Source: Vicugna vicugna
Taxonomy: Eukaryota
Direction of reading: 5' to 3'
DNA: 64,000 nt
Assembly: GCA_013265495.1 (NCBI GenBank)
Contig: MU058584.1
Location: forward strand, 7,406,407 to 7,470,406
This document shows, one piece after another, positions 63,739 through 64,000 of this stretch; position 1 is the stretch's first letter, and the number at the start of each line of letters is the position of its first letter. The position numbers and the translations under genes are program-made. The notes beneath the pieces are model-generated. The model did no database searches, was not told the DNA's origin, and was given only the letters and a program-made list of their open reading frames with translations.

Positions 63739-64000
63739 ATTTATAAAACATTCTTTCAAGCTAAGTAAAAAAAAAAAAAAAGGTACCAATATGTTAACCT
63801 CATGTTTTAAGAGATGATTATTTGAAACGTTATCCTGGAGTCCCTTTGGAATCTGGTGAAATGGGACAGTCTCGTTTATGTTCTGACCCAGCTATTGTGT
63901 CATTCAGAGAGCTCTCAGTCACTGCCCTGGCAGTGCCTTGTAGGGTCCCATAGAATGATCTCTATGGGGACTCCTGTTGGTGGCGTCTGCTACAGGTTAT

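Larger units (their letters stand above)
1..64000 (+). other. DNM3: Internal segment of the dynamin-3 gene (introns plus 5 coding exons; no start or stop codon of the full-length protein in window)
   Basis: Five AG/GT-bounded exons join in frame to the dynamin stalk-to-PH sequence. The residues QVSYINTNHEDFIGFAN, GTNLPPSRQI and [23 protein letters not shown] point to DNM3 rather than DNM1/2. Introns are 4479, 11612, 816 and 32387 nt. Confidence 0.95.
62640..64000 (-). ncRNA. DNM3OS: Probable 3' end of antisense lncRNA DNM3OS (host of miR-199a-2/miR-214; hairpins not in window)
   Basis: Known synteny places DNM3OS antisense in the intron after the first PH exon. Minus-strand AATAAA at 62659-62664 is followed by CA and a U10 tract, and recognisable interspersed repeats stop at ~62.3 kb. 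Inferred by position, not by alignment. Confidence 0.45.

Noticed and set aside
55700..64000. miR-214, miR-3120 and miR-199a-2 hairpins
   Set aside because: Searched by eye and not found; probably just downstream, so not annotated.
1..64000. Prokaryotic-type systems (CRISPR arrays, operons, IS elements)
   Set aside because: Sequence is mammalian intron/exon DNA; no regular repeat-spacer array or long intact ORFs seen.

Overview
Mammalian genomic DNA, most likely a camelid (Camelus/Vicugna/Lama), judged from a camelid-type tRNA-derived SINE and L1 3' ends. The whole window lies inside the dynamin-3 gene (DNM3, + strand). Four constitutive coding exons and one 30-nt alternative microexon splice in frame to [70 protein letters not shown]|(GTNLPPSRQI)|[38 protein letters not shown], which covers the end of the middle/stalk domain and the start of the PH domain (about exons 11-14 in human numbering, from memory). 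The rest is intron filled with MIR, L2, L1, MaLR LTRs, DNA-transposon relics and microsatellites. The last ~1.4 kb probably holds the 3' end of the antisense lncRNA DNM3OS; I did not find the miR-214 or miR-199a-2 hairpins, which should lie just beyond the right edge. The most interesting region is a compact splicing module at 22.3-23.7 kb: a candidate 11-nt microexon, a 30-nt microexon with a second donor, a read-through ending in CCFFI* and intronic poly(A) signals. A TSD-flanked orphan insertion at 16.8-17.3 kb is also notable. The supplied ORF track is essentially noise. Repeat boundaries and subfamily names are by-eye estimates.
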